64,000 nucleotides of DNA from positions 1 to 64,000 of the IMG/VR virus record IMGVR_UViG_3300009157_000018, one strand, 5' to 3'. A program made the position numbers and the translations under genes. Source of the stretch: a virus. The number at the start of each line of letters is the position of its first letter. The first letter of the stretch is position 1. A model generated the notes under the pieces. It saw nothing but the letters and a program-made list of their open reading frames with translations. It was not told the origin of the DNA and did not search any database. This document shows, piece after piece, positions 1 through 9,937 of this stretch.

Positions 1-927
1 ACGGGAGAAGAAGAAACTGTTGTGGAAGATGAGCAGCCAGCAGAGCCAACTATAGACTTGAGTGATATCAAGTATACGGGAGTGCCCTACTGGTATGAAA
101 GCGCAAAGGATACAGAGTTCCTAGAGGACTTTATCGATGCGCGTAAGACAGAACCTATCAATCTTCTGATCAAGGGACCAGCCGGTTCGGGGAAGACGCA
201 AGGAATCTACAAGCTGGCTGAACGATTGAACATTCCACTCTTTGTGATGAACTGTGCAGTCGTTACCAATATCGATCAGTGGGTTGGTTCTAAGGAAGTT
301 ACTCCAGAACGAGGAACATTCTTTCAGGGAAGTGAGCATTTGGCTCACTTGGAAGCCGATGGTGTTCCGCCTGGGATTATGTTGTACGATGAAATCAATC
401 GTATGACTCCCGATGTAGCAAACTTCTGGCTTCCATTGTTGGATGATCAGGCTGGTGTTTGGTCGCCGGTTGCTGGCCGAAAGGTAGCACTCCATCCCGA
501 TAATATCATCGTTGCTACGATGAATGAGGGCGCTGGATATACTGGAACCTATACACAAGACTGGGCACTCCGTGATCGTTTCGGATGGACATTGGAACGC
601 CAATTCCCGCCGGAACTGGAAGAAATCAGGATTCTCGTAACCCGTACAGGTATTGATCCTAACCTTGCTCAGCAAATCGTGAAGGTTTGTGACCAGTCAC
701 GAAACACTTGGGCTAGGGAAGAAATCGATACTCCAATCTCTACTCGCGCCGCAATCTTCTGGTCAATGGCCGTAGTAAGCGGTAAGGGTAGAACAGTCCG
801 TGAAGCAGCCGACTATAGTATTCTACCGCTTTACAATGGTAACGGTGGAACAGAGTCAGACCGATCTAAGATCATGATGATGTTGGATGGTAAGGTTGTA
901 GACGGAACCATCGGAGATAACTACTAA
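1..927 (+). CDS. MoxR/CbbQ/CobS-type AAA+ ATPase (5' end probably truncated by window edge)
   Basis: Walker A GPAGSGKT, Walker B LYDEINR, ATMN and ALRDRF motifs; frame open from base 1. Confidence 0.9.
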   Translation, partial: TGEEETVVEDEQPAEPTIDLSDIKYTGVPYWYESAKDTEFLEDFIDARKTEPINLLIKGPAGSGKTQGIYKLAERLNIPLFVMNCAVVTNIDQWVGSKEVTPERGTFFQGSEHLAHLEADGVPPGIMLYDEINRMTPDVANFWLPLLDDQAGVWSPVAGRKVALHPDNIIVATMNEGAGYTGTYTQDWALRDRFGWTLERQFPPELEEIRILVTRTGIDPNLAQQIVKVCDQSRNTWAREEIDTPISTRAAIFWSMAVVSGKGRTVREAADYSILPLYNGNGGTESDRSKIMMMLDGKVVDGTIGDNY

Positions 928-1229
928 TGGCTCAGAAGATCGCTTGCGATACGAATAACCGCACAGCAGTGAATTTCAACGCCCTACAGGTTGGTGATCT
1001 ATTTCACTGGGGCGGTGCAGCGTATGGTAAATGTTACGAGTATGTTGTTATGGAAAATAACAATGGTGTAAATCTGTTTGCGATGAGGCTACCGCGAAAC
1101 GGCAGTCTGGCTAGGATTCATCGAACAAGTTTCGCAGCCAACAGAGTTAATTGGATGCACCACGGAGAACAGTTGGATACATACTTTGCTAAGCAGACCA
1201 GGAAGAGTAGGAAACCTGCGGGACCGTAA
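927..1229 (+). CDS. hypothetical protein
   Basis: 100-aa ORF coupled to upstream stop (TAATG). Confidence 0.7.
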   Translation: MAQKIACDTNNRTAVNFNALQVGDLFHWGGAAYGKCYEYVVMENNNGVNLFAMRLPRNGSLARIHRTSFAANRVNWMHHGEQLDTYFAKQTRKSRKPAGP

Positions 1230-1286
1230 AAGTTCCGACGCCAGCGGGTAAGGGAAACTTTACCCGCTGTAGTCGGCGTTTTTGCC
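1226..1286 (+). terminator. long GC-rich hairpin (terminator or RNase III-type site)
   Basis: CCGAC..CAGCGGGTAAG-GGAAA-CTTTACCCGCTG..GTCGG followed by TTTTT. Confidence 0.5.
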
Positions 1287-1318
1287 GAAATAAATCTCCT
1301 AAAGGAAAGGAGGAAACC

Positions 1319-3130
1319 TTGTCGAAGAATACTACTGCTGCTTACAGTTCTTATAGAACTAAGGAGTGGTGGGAATCAGACTGGGACAGATGGTCTGACT
1401 GGGAAGACGAAAGCCGATTGGTGCGGCGGGATAGTTCTGAATACAGTCCGGCAACATCTGGCAAGGGCATGACTGGTTCAGATATCAAACTAGCGGTTGC
1501 TTTGCGATCTGCTAGGGCTATGGTATCCGTTCTAGACACCAATCAGAAAGAGAAGATGTCTGTTGACTTTTTCTCTGAGGGTAGTGGTCAAATTGCGGCA
1601 ACTCTATTGAAGGCAGGGAAGATATTTATATCCGCCCAGCCTATTCTAGATTATCCCGACGATTTTACTACTGCCATTCGTTGTGTCAATGGAGAGACTG
1701 TACATGAAGTTGGTCACTCTGTTGGAACAAGGAAGCGATTAGAGAAAGGCTGTTTCCCAGCTGATACTGGTGACAAGCCCAGGGACACAGTTGTAAGGAC
1801 AATCACTAATGTTCTCGAAGATAATCTTATCGAAAGAGAACAGTTGTCGATCAATCCAGGGTTTAAGAAGCATCTTGATGCGACTTTCGAATGGATTGAG
1901 GAACAGGGATTGGCTGATAAGGACAATATTCAGCCTTGGGACGAAGCAAGTATAGAAGAAAGAACCGGCCACCTAACTCAACTCCTGAGATACAAGGATT
2001 CCACCGATAAGTGGAAGACAATTCCGAGCGATATTCAGGACACTCTCTTGGGTATCAATCAGAAGTATCTCAACTCTCGCGATTCAGAGAAGAAGGGACT
2101 TATCCTGGAGACTCTGGATATCCTAACTAAGGATGCTGAATACGAACCAACTCCTCCACCCGATGGGAATGGAGAAGAACCTGGTGAGGGACAGTCGGGA
2201 GAAGGAGAAGAAGGAAAAGAAGGTCAGGAAGGGAATGGCAAGGAGAAGAAGAATAGTCCTAGGATTATCAATGGCTTGCTTGGGCATCAGTGCCTAGGCA
2301 AAGGAACCACTGAGATTTCCAAGCAACAGGCAATTCGTATTGCTGAGTTGGTGGAACAAGAAGCTGAGTGGCATGATAAGTCTAAGACTCTTATTACTCG
2401 TCCCCCTGTAGAGACTCCCAAAGCGGCTAAGAGAACGCCAGAGGTCAATAAGTTGATCGGAGCAATCCGAGCTCGACCGACGAAGTTCACGAAACCGGCT
2501 AGTCTGCAAAAGTCAGGAACGGTAGATGCGAACAATCTCCATCGAATCTTCTACGATCCGGTGGACTTGCGAGTATTCCATCGCCCTACGATTGCGGGCA
2601 AGACTTGGGCAAGAATCTATCTGTTGGCTGATATGAGTTCTAGTATGAATACTGAACTCGAAACAGTCTACGATTGCGCTGTCATGATGATCTATGCTTT
2701 CAAGGATATGAAAGTAGCCACGAAAGTATACGGGTATACCGATCACAGTAGAATGAATCAAATCTACCGTCTTTGGGAACCCGGAGATAAGATGGAACGG
2801 CTCAATATCATCTTTGAGCAGTATCGCGGCGGCACGCCGACCGGTGATGCTCTGAACTGGGCCGTAGAAAACATCATGAAAGAGTCAGACGGACCAGAAG
2901 AAAAGAAACTGATTATTGTATTGACTGATGGTGCCCCGAACGACCGTGATCTAGTCAAGTCGGTAGTTATCGGCGCGAACAGACGCGGAATCTCCGTTCT
3001 AGAAATCGCAGTCAATACCTTTAGTGAAGAAATGCAGAAAGCGATGTTTGGTAAGAATGTGATTGCCTACCGGTATGGTGGTCCATCACAGACTTCCAAG
3101 CTTGCCAAGTGGCTATCGGAGAATATGTGA
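1319..3130 (+). CDS. CobT/NorD-like VWA protein with N-terminal HExxH metallopeptidase-like domain
   Basis: HEVGH motif, acidic/Pro linker, MIDAS DMSSSM...GGTP...LTDG; strong SD AAAGGAGG. Confidence 0.85.
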   Translation: MSKNTTAAYSSYRTKEWWESDWDRWSDWEDESRLVRRDSSEYSPATSGKGMTGSDIKLAVALRSARAMVSVLDTNQKEKMSVDFFSEGSGQIAATLLKAGKIFISAQPILDYPDDFTTAIRCVNGETVHEVGHSVGTRKRLEKGCFPADTGDKPRDTVVRTITNVLEDNLIEREQLSINPGFKKHLDATFEWIEEQGLADKDNIQPWDEASIEERTGHLTQLLRYKDSTDKWKTIPSDIQDTLLGINQKYLNSRDSEKKGLILETLDILTKDAEYEPTPPPDGNGEEPGEGQSGEGEEGKEGQEGNGKEKKNSPRIINGLLGHQCLGKGTTEISKQQAIRIAELVEQEAEWHDKSKTLITRPPVETPKAAKRTPEVNKLIGAIRARPTKFTKPASLQKSGTVDANNLHRIFYDPVDLRVFHRPTIAGKTWARIYLLADMSSSMNTELETVYDCAVMMIYAFKDMKVATKVYGYTDHSRMNQIYRLWEPGDKMERLNIIFEQYRGGTPTGDALNWAVENIMKESDGPEEKKLIIVLTDGAPNDRDLVKSVVIGANRRGISVLEIAVNTFSEEMQKAMFGKNVIAYRYGGPSQTSKLAKWLSENM

Positions 3131-3315
3131 AAGACATTACAAATGCTGAGATTCAAGACGGAGATATTCTAGTCTATGATGGCTGGAAGCTCTCTGCTTG
3201 GTCGAATGCTGAGAAATCTTCCGCTTTGCCAGGATTGGTTAGGGTAGAGTGTGCGTTTGGCACACTCTACCTTGATCCTGACGGGAAGGTAAGTATAGAA
3301 GAGCCAGAGAAATAG
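3127..3315 (+). CDS. hypothetical protein
   Basis: GTGA overlap with upstream stop. Confidence 0.55.
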   Translation: MKDITNAEIQDGDILVYDGWKLSAWSNAEKSSALPGLVRVECAFGTLYLDPDGKVSIEEPEK

Positions 3316-3329
3316 CGTTAAGGAGGCTA

Positions 3330-3599
3330 ATGTTTAGGAAGCACTGGTGGGGGGATATTCTCGGTGGCTTCGAAGAAGGAGAAGAAGAACATACAATCGG
3401 AAGGGTACACTATTCGTTGCCCTGGCCGGTGTTTATTGTAGACTGGGTGTTTGACCATCATCCCAACTGGGAATGGTGGAACAACTTTTGGGACAAGGTA
3501 TCGCCGTACTACGGCGATCCTTTGTGCTATATCTATTGCACCAAGGTCAGTCAATGGGCTTGGAAATACTCTATCGAACACGAAAGAATCGATTACTAA
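3330..3599 (+). CDS. hypothetical Trp-rich protein
   Basis: SD AAGGAGG, 89 aa. Confidence 0.7.
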   Translation: MFRKHWWGDILGGFEEGEEEHTIGRVHYSLPWPVFIVDWVFDHHPNWEWWNNFWDKVSPYYGDPLCYIYCTKVSQWAWKYSIEHERIDY

Positions 3600-3669
3600 T
3601 GGTCTGACTCCAGGGCCGAACGCAAGTTTGACCCTGGCGCTAGCCCACTAGGCTAGGAAAGGATGAAAC

Positions 3670-4029
3670 ATGACGAGAGAATTGCTGTTCTCCGTAACTA
3701 AGAAGGACTTGCGGATAGATACCTTCAAGTCTGGTGGCCCTGGAGGACAGAACCAGAATAAGCGAGATACGGGAGTTCGCATTACTCACAAAGCCTCTGG
3801 CGCAGTGGGTACAGCTCGCGAACACCGAACACAGGAACAGAATAAGAAAACCGCTTTTCGTCGAATGGCGGAAAGCAAGCAATTTAAGGCTTGGCATCGC
3901 GTAGAAACTGCTCGTCGATCCGGTTACTTAGCCGATATTGAGCAGAAGGTAGAGAAGCAGATGGCTCCTAGTAACCTACGGATAGAAGTCGTACAGGAAG
4001 GAAAGTGGGTAAAATGGCGACCAACGTAG
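3670..4029 (+). CDS. peptide chain release factor (RF-1/GGQ) domain protein, peptidyl-tRNA hydrolase-like
   Basis: DTFKSGGPGGQNQNKRDTGVRITH...RTQEQNK matches RF domain 3; no codon-recognition domain. Confidence 0.9.
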   Translation: MTRELLFSVTKKDLRIDTFKSGGPGGQNQNKRDTGVRITHKASGAVGTAREHRTQEQNKKTAFRRMAESKQFKAWHRVETARRSGYLADIEQKVEKQMAPSNLRIEVVQEGKWVKWRPT

Positions 4030-4367
4030 AGGAAGCATGGCGCTCTCTTGTCAACGCCGGAATCTCCGGCTACGACTGGGACGAAGACGAGCGGGCCGGG
4101 ATACGAGTCCTGACAGACCTGCTCGCAGACGAGCGGCAGGCCGGACGACAAGAAGCCATCGACTCGTTCACGGATCGATTGGACGGTCTACTGGCAAGCG
4201 AGCGGCGGGCCAATCCAAAGGTAATGGCCGAAGCACTACAGCAGTTGTGGCGAGTTCGCAATCTAGACGACTCATTCGTGTGGAACTTGCCAGTACCGCC
4301 AGACGAGAACACGGCGAAGGCGTTGTCTGCCGCTTACAACGCCATTCTCGACAGGAAGGGAGTTTAA
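4014..4367 (+). CDS. hypothetical protein
   Basis: ORF in operon context. Confidence 0.6.
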   Translation: MATNVEEAWRSLVNAGISGYDWDEDERAGIRVLTDLLADERQAGRQEAIDSFTDRLDGLLASERRANPKVMAEALQQLWRVRNLDDSFVWNLPVPPDENTAKALSAAYNAILDRKGV

Positions 4368-4368
4368 A

Positions 4369-4731
4369 TTGAATAGAAGTAGCGGGTCAACGGCAACTTT
4401 TATGAAAGAGTTTTATGCTCTTCGAATGAAAGCCTTGGCAATAGCCGAGGTGAAATGTAGAACGGAACCTAGGAACCTATATCCTGATACACAAATGGGA
4501 ATAGATGTTCGCCCCGAGGGCGTTGTCTTTTTCGATCTAGTACCTAGATCATATGATGATGGGGAAGAAGTCGCGGAGATCATCGTATCTTGGGAGGATA
4601 TCGAGGACTCTGGGACTGCCCTAAAGCGGTACAAGGCAACGATTGCTGAACGGGAGAAAGAACAAGAAGCCGAGAGAAAGAAATGGCGAGAAGATCAGTA
4701 CAATCGTCTGAAGAAAGAATTTGGTGATTGA
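4369..4731 (+). CDS. hypothetical protein
   Basis: ORF in operon context, SD AAGGGAG. Confidence 0.6.
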   Translation: MNRSSGSTATFMKEFYALRMKALAIAEVKCRTEPRNLYPDTQMGIDVRPEGVVFFDLVPRSYDDGEEVAEIIVSWEDIEDSGTALKRYKATIAEREKEQEAERKKWREDQYNRLKKEFGD

Positions 4732-5533
4732 TCAGTTCCTCGCTCAGTATTCCGAAAACACTCGGGATACCTATCGGATCGTGCTATCCGACTTCGGTAA
4801 GTTCCTTGGTCGTGGCCCTGAAACGGCCACTTCCGAGGAGCTTATCCGATACCAAATGAGCATATCCCACCAGGCTAATACAACTGTTGCGAAGAAGATC
4901 GCAGTTCTTTCTTCTTTTTTCCAGTTCGTTTTGTCGATGGGCATAAGGGGCGACAACCCCACTCTTCCTGTTCGTCGCAAGAAGGTGGATGTGTTCAAAA
5001 CAATTCGGTGGCTAGAAGACGATGAAGTTGATGCGTTGCTAGAAGTTGCCGAGGATACTGGGAAACGCGAGTTGGCCCTGGTTTGGCTGGCGCTGCACGG
5101 ACTCCGCGTAAGCGAGATTGTGGGGCTGAATGTCAATCAGTTCAAAACTGGCATTATCTGGAATCTTCTCGGTAAGGGCAATAAGACCAGGATTGTGCCG
5201 ATGACGCTTGCAGCTCAGAACGCAATTCGGGCTTACATTGGCAATAGGAAAAGCGGACCTCTGTTGGTTTCAAGCAGAAAGCAACGTCTTTCCAAGCGCC
5301 AAGCGCAGCGAGATATCTACAACCTGACTGAAAAGGCAGGAAAGAAGATCAACATTCACGGCTTGCGGCATACTTACGGGACTCGGGCCACGCGGCGCGG
5401 TGTTCCAACGGTAACGCTAGCCAAACTAATGGGCCACGCATCTGTGGCAACCACGCAAAAGTATGTTCACTTAGATTCTGGCGACCTACAGGAAGCCAAT
5501 GATCTAATCTATCCATCGGAGGTAGAAGTTTGA
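4721..5533 (+). CDS. XerC/D-like tyrosine recombinase
   Basis: GLRVSE, GKGNK, HGLRH, MGHAS and catalytic Y (TQKY); core-binding domain but no arm-binding domain. Confidence 0.92.
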   Translation: MVIDQFLAQYSENTRDTYRIVLSDFGKFLGRGPETATSEELIRYQMSISHQANTTVAKKIAVLSSFFQFVLSMGIRGDNPTLPVRRKKVDVFKTIRWLEDDEVDALLEVAEDTGKRELALVWLALHGLRVSEIVGLNVNQFKTGIIWNLLGKGNKTRIVPMTLAAQNAIRAYIGNRKSGPLLVSSRKQRLSKRQAQRDIYNLTEKAGKKINIHGLRHTYGTRATRRGVPTVTLAKLMGHASVATTQKYVHLDSGDLQEANDLIYPSEVEV

Positions 5534-5760
5534 TGTCAATTTCAAAATCAAGATTAACATGTGAATGTGGAATCCAGAGATCAGTAACAATATCATCACC
5601 AATTGGTGTTCAACTTTCAGATTTGGAAAAGCTCAATATAGCAGAAGCTTTGGCAGACGAAATTGAATATTTGGAGGAACAAGGTTTCGCAGGAAAGACT
5701 ATCAAGTGGGTAACTAATCTCAGAAGTAAATTCGTAGATGATGAAGGGAAACCAAAATGA
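5533..5760 (+). CDS. hypothetical protein
   Basis: coupled ORF, lower GC than neighbours. Confidence 0.55.
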   Translation: MSISKSRLTCECGIQRSVTISSPIGVQLSDLEKLNIAEALADEIEYLEEQGFAGKTIKWVTNLRSKFVDDEGKPK

Positions 5761-5993
5761 CCCATAACATCGGCCACACTGAGCCGCACTACTGCGTGAC
5801 CGAAGCCGACCTGAAAGCCGAACGAGCCGACGAGCGCCGCGCCACGGTGGAGCGTATTCGGCCCTACTTTGAGACTCTGGCTGATTCCTTCGATCGAAGC
5901 CCCGCTAAACCGGGAGGCCGGTTCGCTGACGAGTTGCGCGAAAAGTGGCGAGAGATGCACGACGCCATCCTCGATACAAAGGCCGACGAATGA
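5757..5993 (+). CDS. hypothetical protein
   Basis: ATGA overlap. Confidence 0.6.
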   Translation: MTHNIGHTEPHYCVTEADLKAERADERRATVERIRPYFETLADSFDRSPAKPGGRFADELREKWREMHDAILDTKADE

Positions 5994-6685
5994 AGAACTA
6001 CGCCGCAAACCAACTGCGTTACTACTTTCAATCGCACAACCTCAACGCCGTCTACCTAGAATACCTCGATGAAGCCTTAGCCGAAGCCGCCGCCCCCTAC
6101 CGCGAACTGGTCGATGGCATCGACCATGAGCGGACGCAGTACCGCGAGGCGCTGGAACGGCTGGTGGAGGGCTCAGGCTCCTCAGACCAAAGAACAGGAC
6201 TGGGAACTCGGCAAAGCACTGACCGAAGCCCGCGCCCTGCTGGAGAAGAAGCCATGATGACTGAAAAGGCTGAGTGGCTCGGAGAACTTCCCCAAGCTCT
6301 CCGAGACACCTATTCTGGTGAGTTTATCAAGTTATTTGGGAATCACAATGACGAACCACCAAACTGGAAAGAAATAAGACCAGACCAGTTTTGGAGTAAA
6401 TTCTCAAGTTATGGAACAGGCCAGGCTACATCTTTCCGTCAAATCAGTCCAGCCGACAGGAAGAAACCACTGCTGTCAGTCCATTTGTTCCATTACAGTG
6501 ATGGAACTGGGCTAGGAGTGCATGTTGACTGGAAATACCAGAATGACCCTGATTGGATTCCGACATTCTATTCGTTTGCCATTTGTGAACACAAGCGGGT
6601 ATCTACGCTAGATACCCTTCGTGGTTGGCACGAAGGCTATTGCGAAAAATGCGGAATGGGCATGAACTATGACTCCGGGGATTGA
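5990..6685 (+). CDS. hypothetical protein with C-terminal Cys/His Zn-binding motif (possible second start near 6255)
   Basis: ATGA overlap; CEH...CEKCG; internal GGAGAAG-ATGATG. Confidence 0.55.
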   Translation: MKNYAANQLRYYFQSHNLNAVYLEYLDEALAEAAAPYRELVDGIDHERTQYREALERLVEGSGSSDQRTGLGTRQSTDRSPRPAGEEAMMTEKAEWLGELPQALRDTYSGEFIKLFGNHNDEPPNWKEIRPDQFWSKFSSYGTGQATSFRQISPADRKKPLLSVHLFHYSDGTGLGVHVDWKYQNDPDWIPTFYSFAICEHKRVSTLDTLRGWHEGYCEKCGMGMNYDSGD

Positions 6686-6758
6686 AAGTAAAAAACTGAA
6701 TGCAGTTTTATCCGTAATCGCTCTACTGATTGTCCTAACCATCAGAAGTATGTAAAGC

Positions 6759-6796
6759 AAACCCCCGGCTCCACGCTCGGAGCCGGGGGTTTTTTT
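6759..6796. terminator. bidirectional intrinsic terminator between convergent operons
   Basis: AAACCCCCGGCTCC-ACGCTC-GGAGCCGGGGG-TTTTTTT. Confidence 0.85.
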
Positions 6797-6801
6797 ATGC
6801 G

Positions 6802-8646
6802 CTAAAGCGAAATCTGGCTTGGAGCTCGATCACGGAATTTCTCTACATGCGTCACTACGAGAATCTGCTGGTATCGCTTGGTTAACTTCTCAAACGCGGT
6901 CCATGCCATCTCTTGCCGGTCGTCATCGAGGGATTCTAGAACCTCGTCAAGGAACAGCACACCCACGGAATCGGACTGCAACTCTGCGATTGCCAGCCGT
7001 AAGGCTAGCGCGAACACATCTTGCTCGCCGCCCGACAGGTGGGCAAACCCTTTGAGTTCCCCCGAGGGCGACCGATACTGAATCTCGTAGTTCGGGGTCA
7101 GGGCCAGTTCGTCGTACTGTCCATCGGTCAGTTCGGATACAAGTTCCGAGGCGATGGCTTCCAGCGATGGAATCGCTTCCTCCACCAACTTCGCCTTGAG
7201 CACGATTAGTTCTGAGACGGTCACATCGAGGGTCGTTACGGCCTTTTCAGCCTCCTGGACATCAGCTGCGACCTGGTTGCCGCTCGCTAAGTCGGTTTCC
7301 ACGCGTTTGCGCTCGTGCTCGTCTGCCTTCATTTTGGCCGAGAGGTAGGCTGTTCGCTCACGAATCTCTGCCAATCGTTCGCGGTGAGTCTCTACAATTT
7401 CATTGGCGGTAGAGATATCGGGCTCTTCTGCAACTTTGAGTAGGTTGCGCTCAACTGATGCATTGCGGTATTCATCTTGGGCACCCCAAATTACTCGACG
7501 GGTCTGCAGTCGGAGATTTAGGTAACGGTCAACTAAATCGGCCTTTTCTTGCCATTCCTCGGCGGCCTTCTCCAACTCACGAAGTTCTTCCAGGCGGCTG
7601 TTTAGCTTTACATTCTTGCTATCGAGGGCCGCTAACTCCTTTTCGATCTCCAGCATGTGCTCTTCCATCTCGTCGAAAGGCCGACCACAATGAGGACAAA
7701 CCCCGTCCTTGTGGGCTTTCTGGAGTTCCAAGGTGCGCTCGGTCGTCATCCGCTGTTCGGTTAGTAGGTCAATGATCTGCTCGCGATCCACCATCTCTGG
7801 CTGCGGACCCGGATTGGGCGGTAAGCGCAGGGTACCAAGGGCTGCCAAAGCGTCCTGAACCGCCTTAGAAGCCCGATTTATCCTGACGATTAATGCGTCG
7901 TCGGCCTGCTTGTACTGGTCAAAAGCACGCATCTCCGCGCGTTGCGCGGCTACCACATCCTCGGCTGCTTTGAGTTCATCAGTGACGGATGCCCGTTCGC
8001 GGGCGAGCGCATCGCGCTGCCCTGTGCTTGAAAGGATTTCGTCATCCAGTTCCCTTAGGCGCTTTTGCGCCAGACGAACGTCGGTCGAGCTGCGGCGCAG
8101 GATTTCCAGTTCGCGTTTCGCTAGGCGCGTTTCATCCCGTACTCGGTCGATGGCTGACGAGACGATATCCACCCCAAGAAGCCTTAGGACCGTCTTGACT
8201 CGGTTTCCGGGAGTCAACGAAGAGAGACCGGCTAATTCCTCCTGCCGGGAGAAGACGGACACAAGGAACCCAACCCGGTCCATGCCCAAGACCTTGCCGA
8301 CCTCCACGGTCGTCGGGTCGAGGCCGTTGGCGATCCCCTCGCCGTCGCGGTCGAGACTGGCCCCGGAAGTGCCGTTGACCCGCTGCCAGCGCGTCACCTG
8401 ATAGGCGCCAGAGGGCGTCTGAAACCAAAGTGCCACCTCGGCCTTTTCCGCGCCCCAAGTGACCACATCGGCCTTCCCAGTCGGTAGCACATCAGGACCG
8501 TACAGCGCCCATGCGATGGCGTTGGCGACGGTGCTTTTGCCAACCCCGTTATTGCCGACTAAAGCGGAGATTCCTCCTGGCAGTTCCCAGTCATGCACGC
8601 CATTAAGGACACGAAAGTTCTCAGTTCGTAGGCGAGATATCTGCAC
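6802..8646 (-). CDS. sbcC: SbcC/Rad50-like SMC ATPase
   Basis: GNNGVGKST, CPHC zinc hook, LSGGE signature, FLDE, VVTH. Confidence 0.93.
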   Translation of the reverse strand: MQISRLRTENFRVLNGVHDWELPGGISALVGNNGVGKSTVANAIAWALYGPDVLPTGKADVVTWGAEKAEVALWFQTPSGAYQVTRWQRVNGTSGASLDRDGEGIANGLDPTTVEVGKVLGMDRVGFLVSVFSRQEELAGLSSLTPGNRVKTVLRLLGVDIVSSAIDRVRDETRLAKRELEILRRSSTDVRLAQKRLRELDDEILSSTGQRDALARERASVTDELKAAEDVVAAQRAEMRAFDQYKQADDALIVRINRASKAVQDALAALGTLRLPPNPGPQPEMVDREQIIDLLTEQRMTTERTLELQKAHKDGVCPHCGRPFDEMEEHMLEIEKELAALDSKNVKLNSRLEELRELEKAAEEWQEKADLVDRYLNLRLQTRRVIWGAQDEYRNASVERNLLKVAEEPDISTANEIVETHRERLAEIRERTAYLSAKMKADEHERKRVETDLASGNQVAADVQEAEKAVTTLDVTVSELIVLKAKLVEEAIPSLEAIASELVSELTDGQYDELALTPNYEIQYRSPSGELKGFAHLSGGEQDVFALALRLAIAELQSDSVGVLFLDEVLESLDDDRQEMAWTAFEKLTKRYQQILVVTHVEKFRDRAPSQISL

Positions 8647-8750
8647 GCTTGATCCATTCGTCCACTGTCATATTGCACTCGTCGCAATAGGTAGCCACTT
8701 TCCGGCCATTGATATCAATATATACCCACTTGTGGCATCTCCAACAAGCG

Positions 8751-9782
8751 TTAGGATTGTGAGAGGGCTTCGAGACCCCTTGTTTCAACATCTTTTCTCT
8801 TGACGCCTCTGGGTATCTTGGCAGTCTTGATATGTTCTTTCCAGTTTTCTTCTATGGAGAAGACTTGACTAAGTGCTTGAGATTCCTCTTGTTCGTCTGT
8901 GGTCCCAAGGTCAGTTCGACGTATTTGGTATTCAAGGGATGGAGAGAGTTCCTTTCGTACTGATACCAAGTCCAAGGACTGGTATTGCTCCGATGTGCTC
9001 TCAATACTGAGTCGAACGATAGCATTCTCGATTTCATGATCTCGTACCACCTCTAGGTAGTTATCTGAATTGGCTATGAGATTGACCCATTCCCGTGTTT
9101 GGTGGTCAATAAACCGAACCTTGCCATCCTCAAAGACCGCCGCACCGGTCGGGTTGTTCCATTCGCCCCACGCGAACCTATCTGTCGATCCGACATAGAT
9201 CGGAAGCAAAGGTGGACGCCGCGCACCTGCTGCTCCGGCGGATCGACGATGATAATGGCCCAATAAGACCGGTTTTTCCCTGGGGAGCTCGCCCACCGGA
9301 ACGTGATCCCCTGGATACGGCACGTCAGAACAAGCCCAATGGCCTGCGATAAACGAAAAACCGTCCGCCAACTGCAGGTGAGAGACAACCTCGTCTTTGT
9401 CGCCGTAAGGAATCATGTACCCGCCCAGCGCCTCACCCGGCTTAGTGAATCCGTGGAATTTTGGGCACTGAGACTCTAATAGTTCGTATAGGTGAATATC
9501 GGACTGTGACCGTACAAGGGTGTGGTTGCCATTGACTGAATAGAAGGGTAGGTCAATTTCATTGATGGTACGGATCAAAGCGCCGATGGCCCTCTTGCGG
9601 GGACTCGGCGTGTTGGCGAGGTCGCCCAAGTCCAAAATGGCCTCAACGCCCTCGTTTGCGAGGTTTTCCAGGCTCGCCTGGAAGCTGCGAATAACATCAC
9701 TTTCGCGGATATTGACCCCGTTTGCCGCTCGGTTGCCGTGGAAGTACCCCACATGCGCGTCAGCCAAAACCCCGATCTTCAT
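8751..9782 (-). CDS. sbcD: SbcD/Mre11-like nuclease
   Basis: DAHVG, GDL, GNH and GHYH phosphoesterase motifs; adjacent to SbcC. Confidence 0.9.
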   Translation of the reverse strand: MKIGVLADAHVGYFHGNRAANGVNIRESDVIRSFQASLENLANEGVEAILDLGDLANTPSPRKRAIGALIRTINEIDLPFYSVNGNHTLVRSQSDIHLYELLESQCPKFHGFTKPGEALGGYMIPYGDKDEVVSHLQLADGFSFIAGHWACSDVPYPGDHVPVGELPREKPVLLGHYHRRSAGAAGARRPPLLPIYVGSTDRFAWGEWNNPTGAAVFEDGKVRFIDHQTREWVNLIANSDNYLEVVRDHEIENAIVRLSIESTSEQYQSLDLVSVRKELSPSLEYQIRRTDLGTTDEQEESQALSQVFSIEENWKEHIKTAKIPRGVKRKDVETRGLEALSQS

Positions 9783-9937
9783 TCCATCATCTCTTGAAGT
9801 CGCTTTTTCTTCAATCGTTCCCGGTAACGCTTTTGCACTTCAGCCGGGGTCAGCCTGCGAGGCGGGTTGAATCCGCCGTAAGCACGGCGCTTGTCAGGAA
9901 AGTTCGAGCGGCGTCTCCCGGTGGACTCGCTCATGTG

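Noticed and set aside
4721-5533. Prophage boundary or att site next to the recombinase
   Set aside because: Phage-type genes continue on both sides, with no host genes or att duplication visible.
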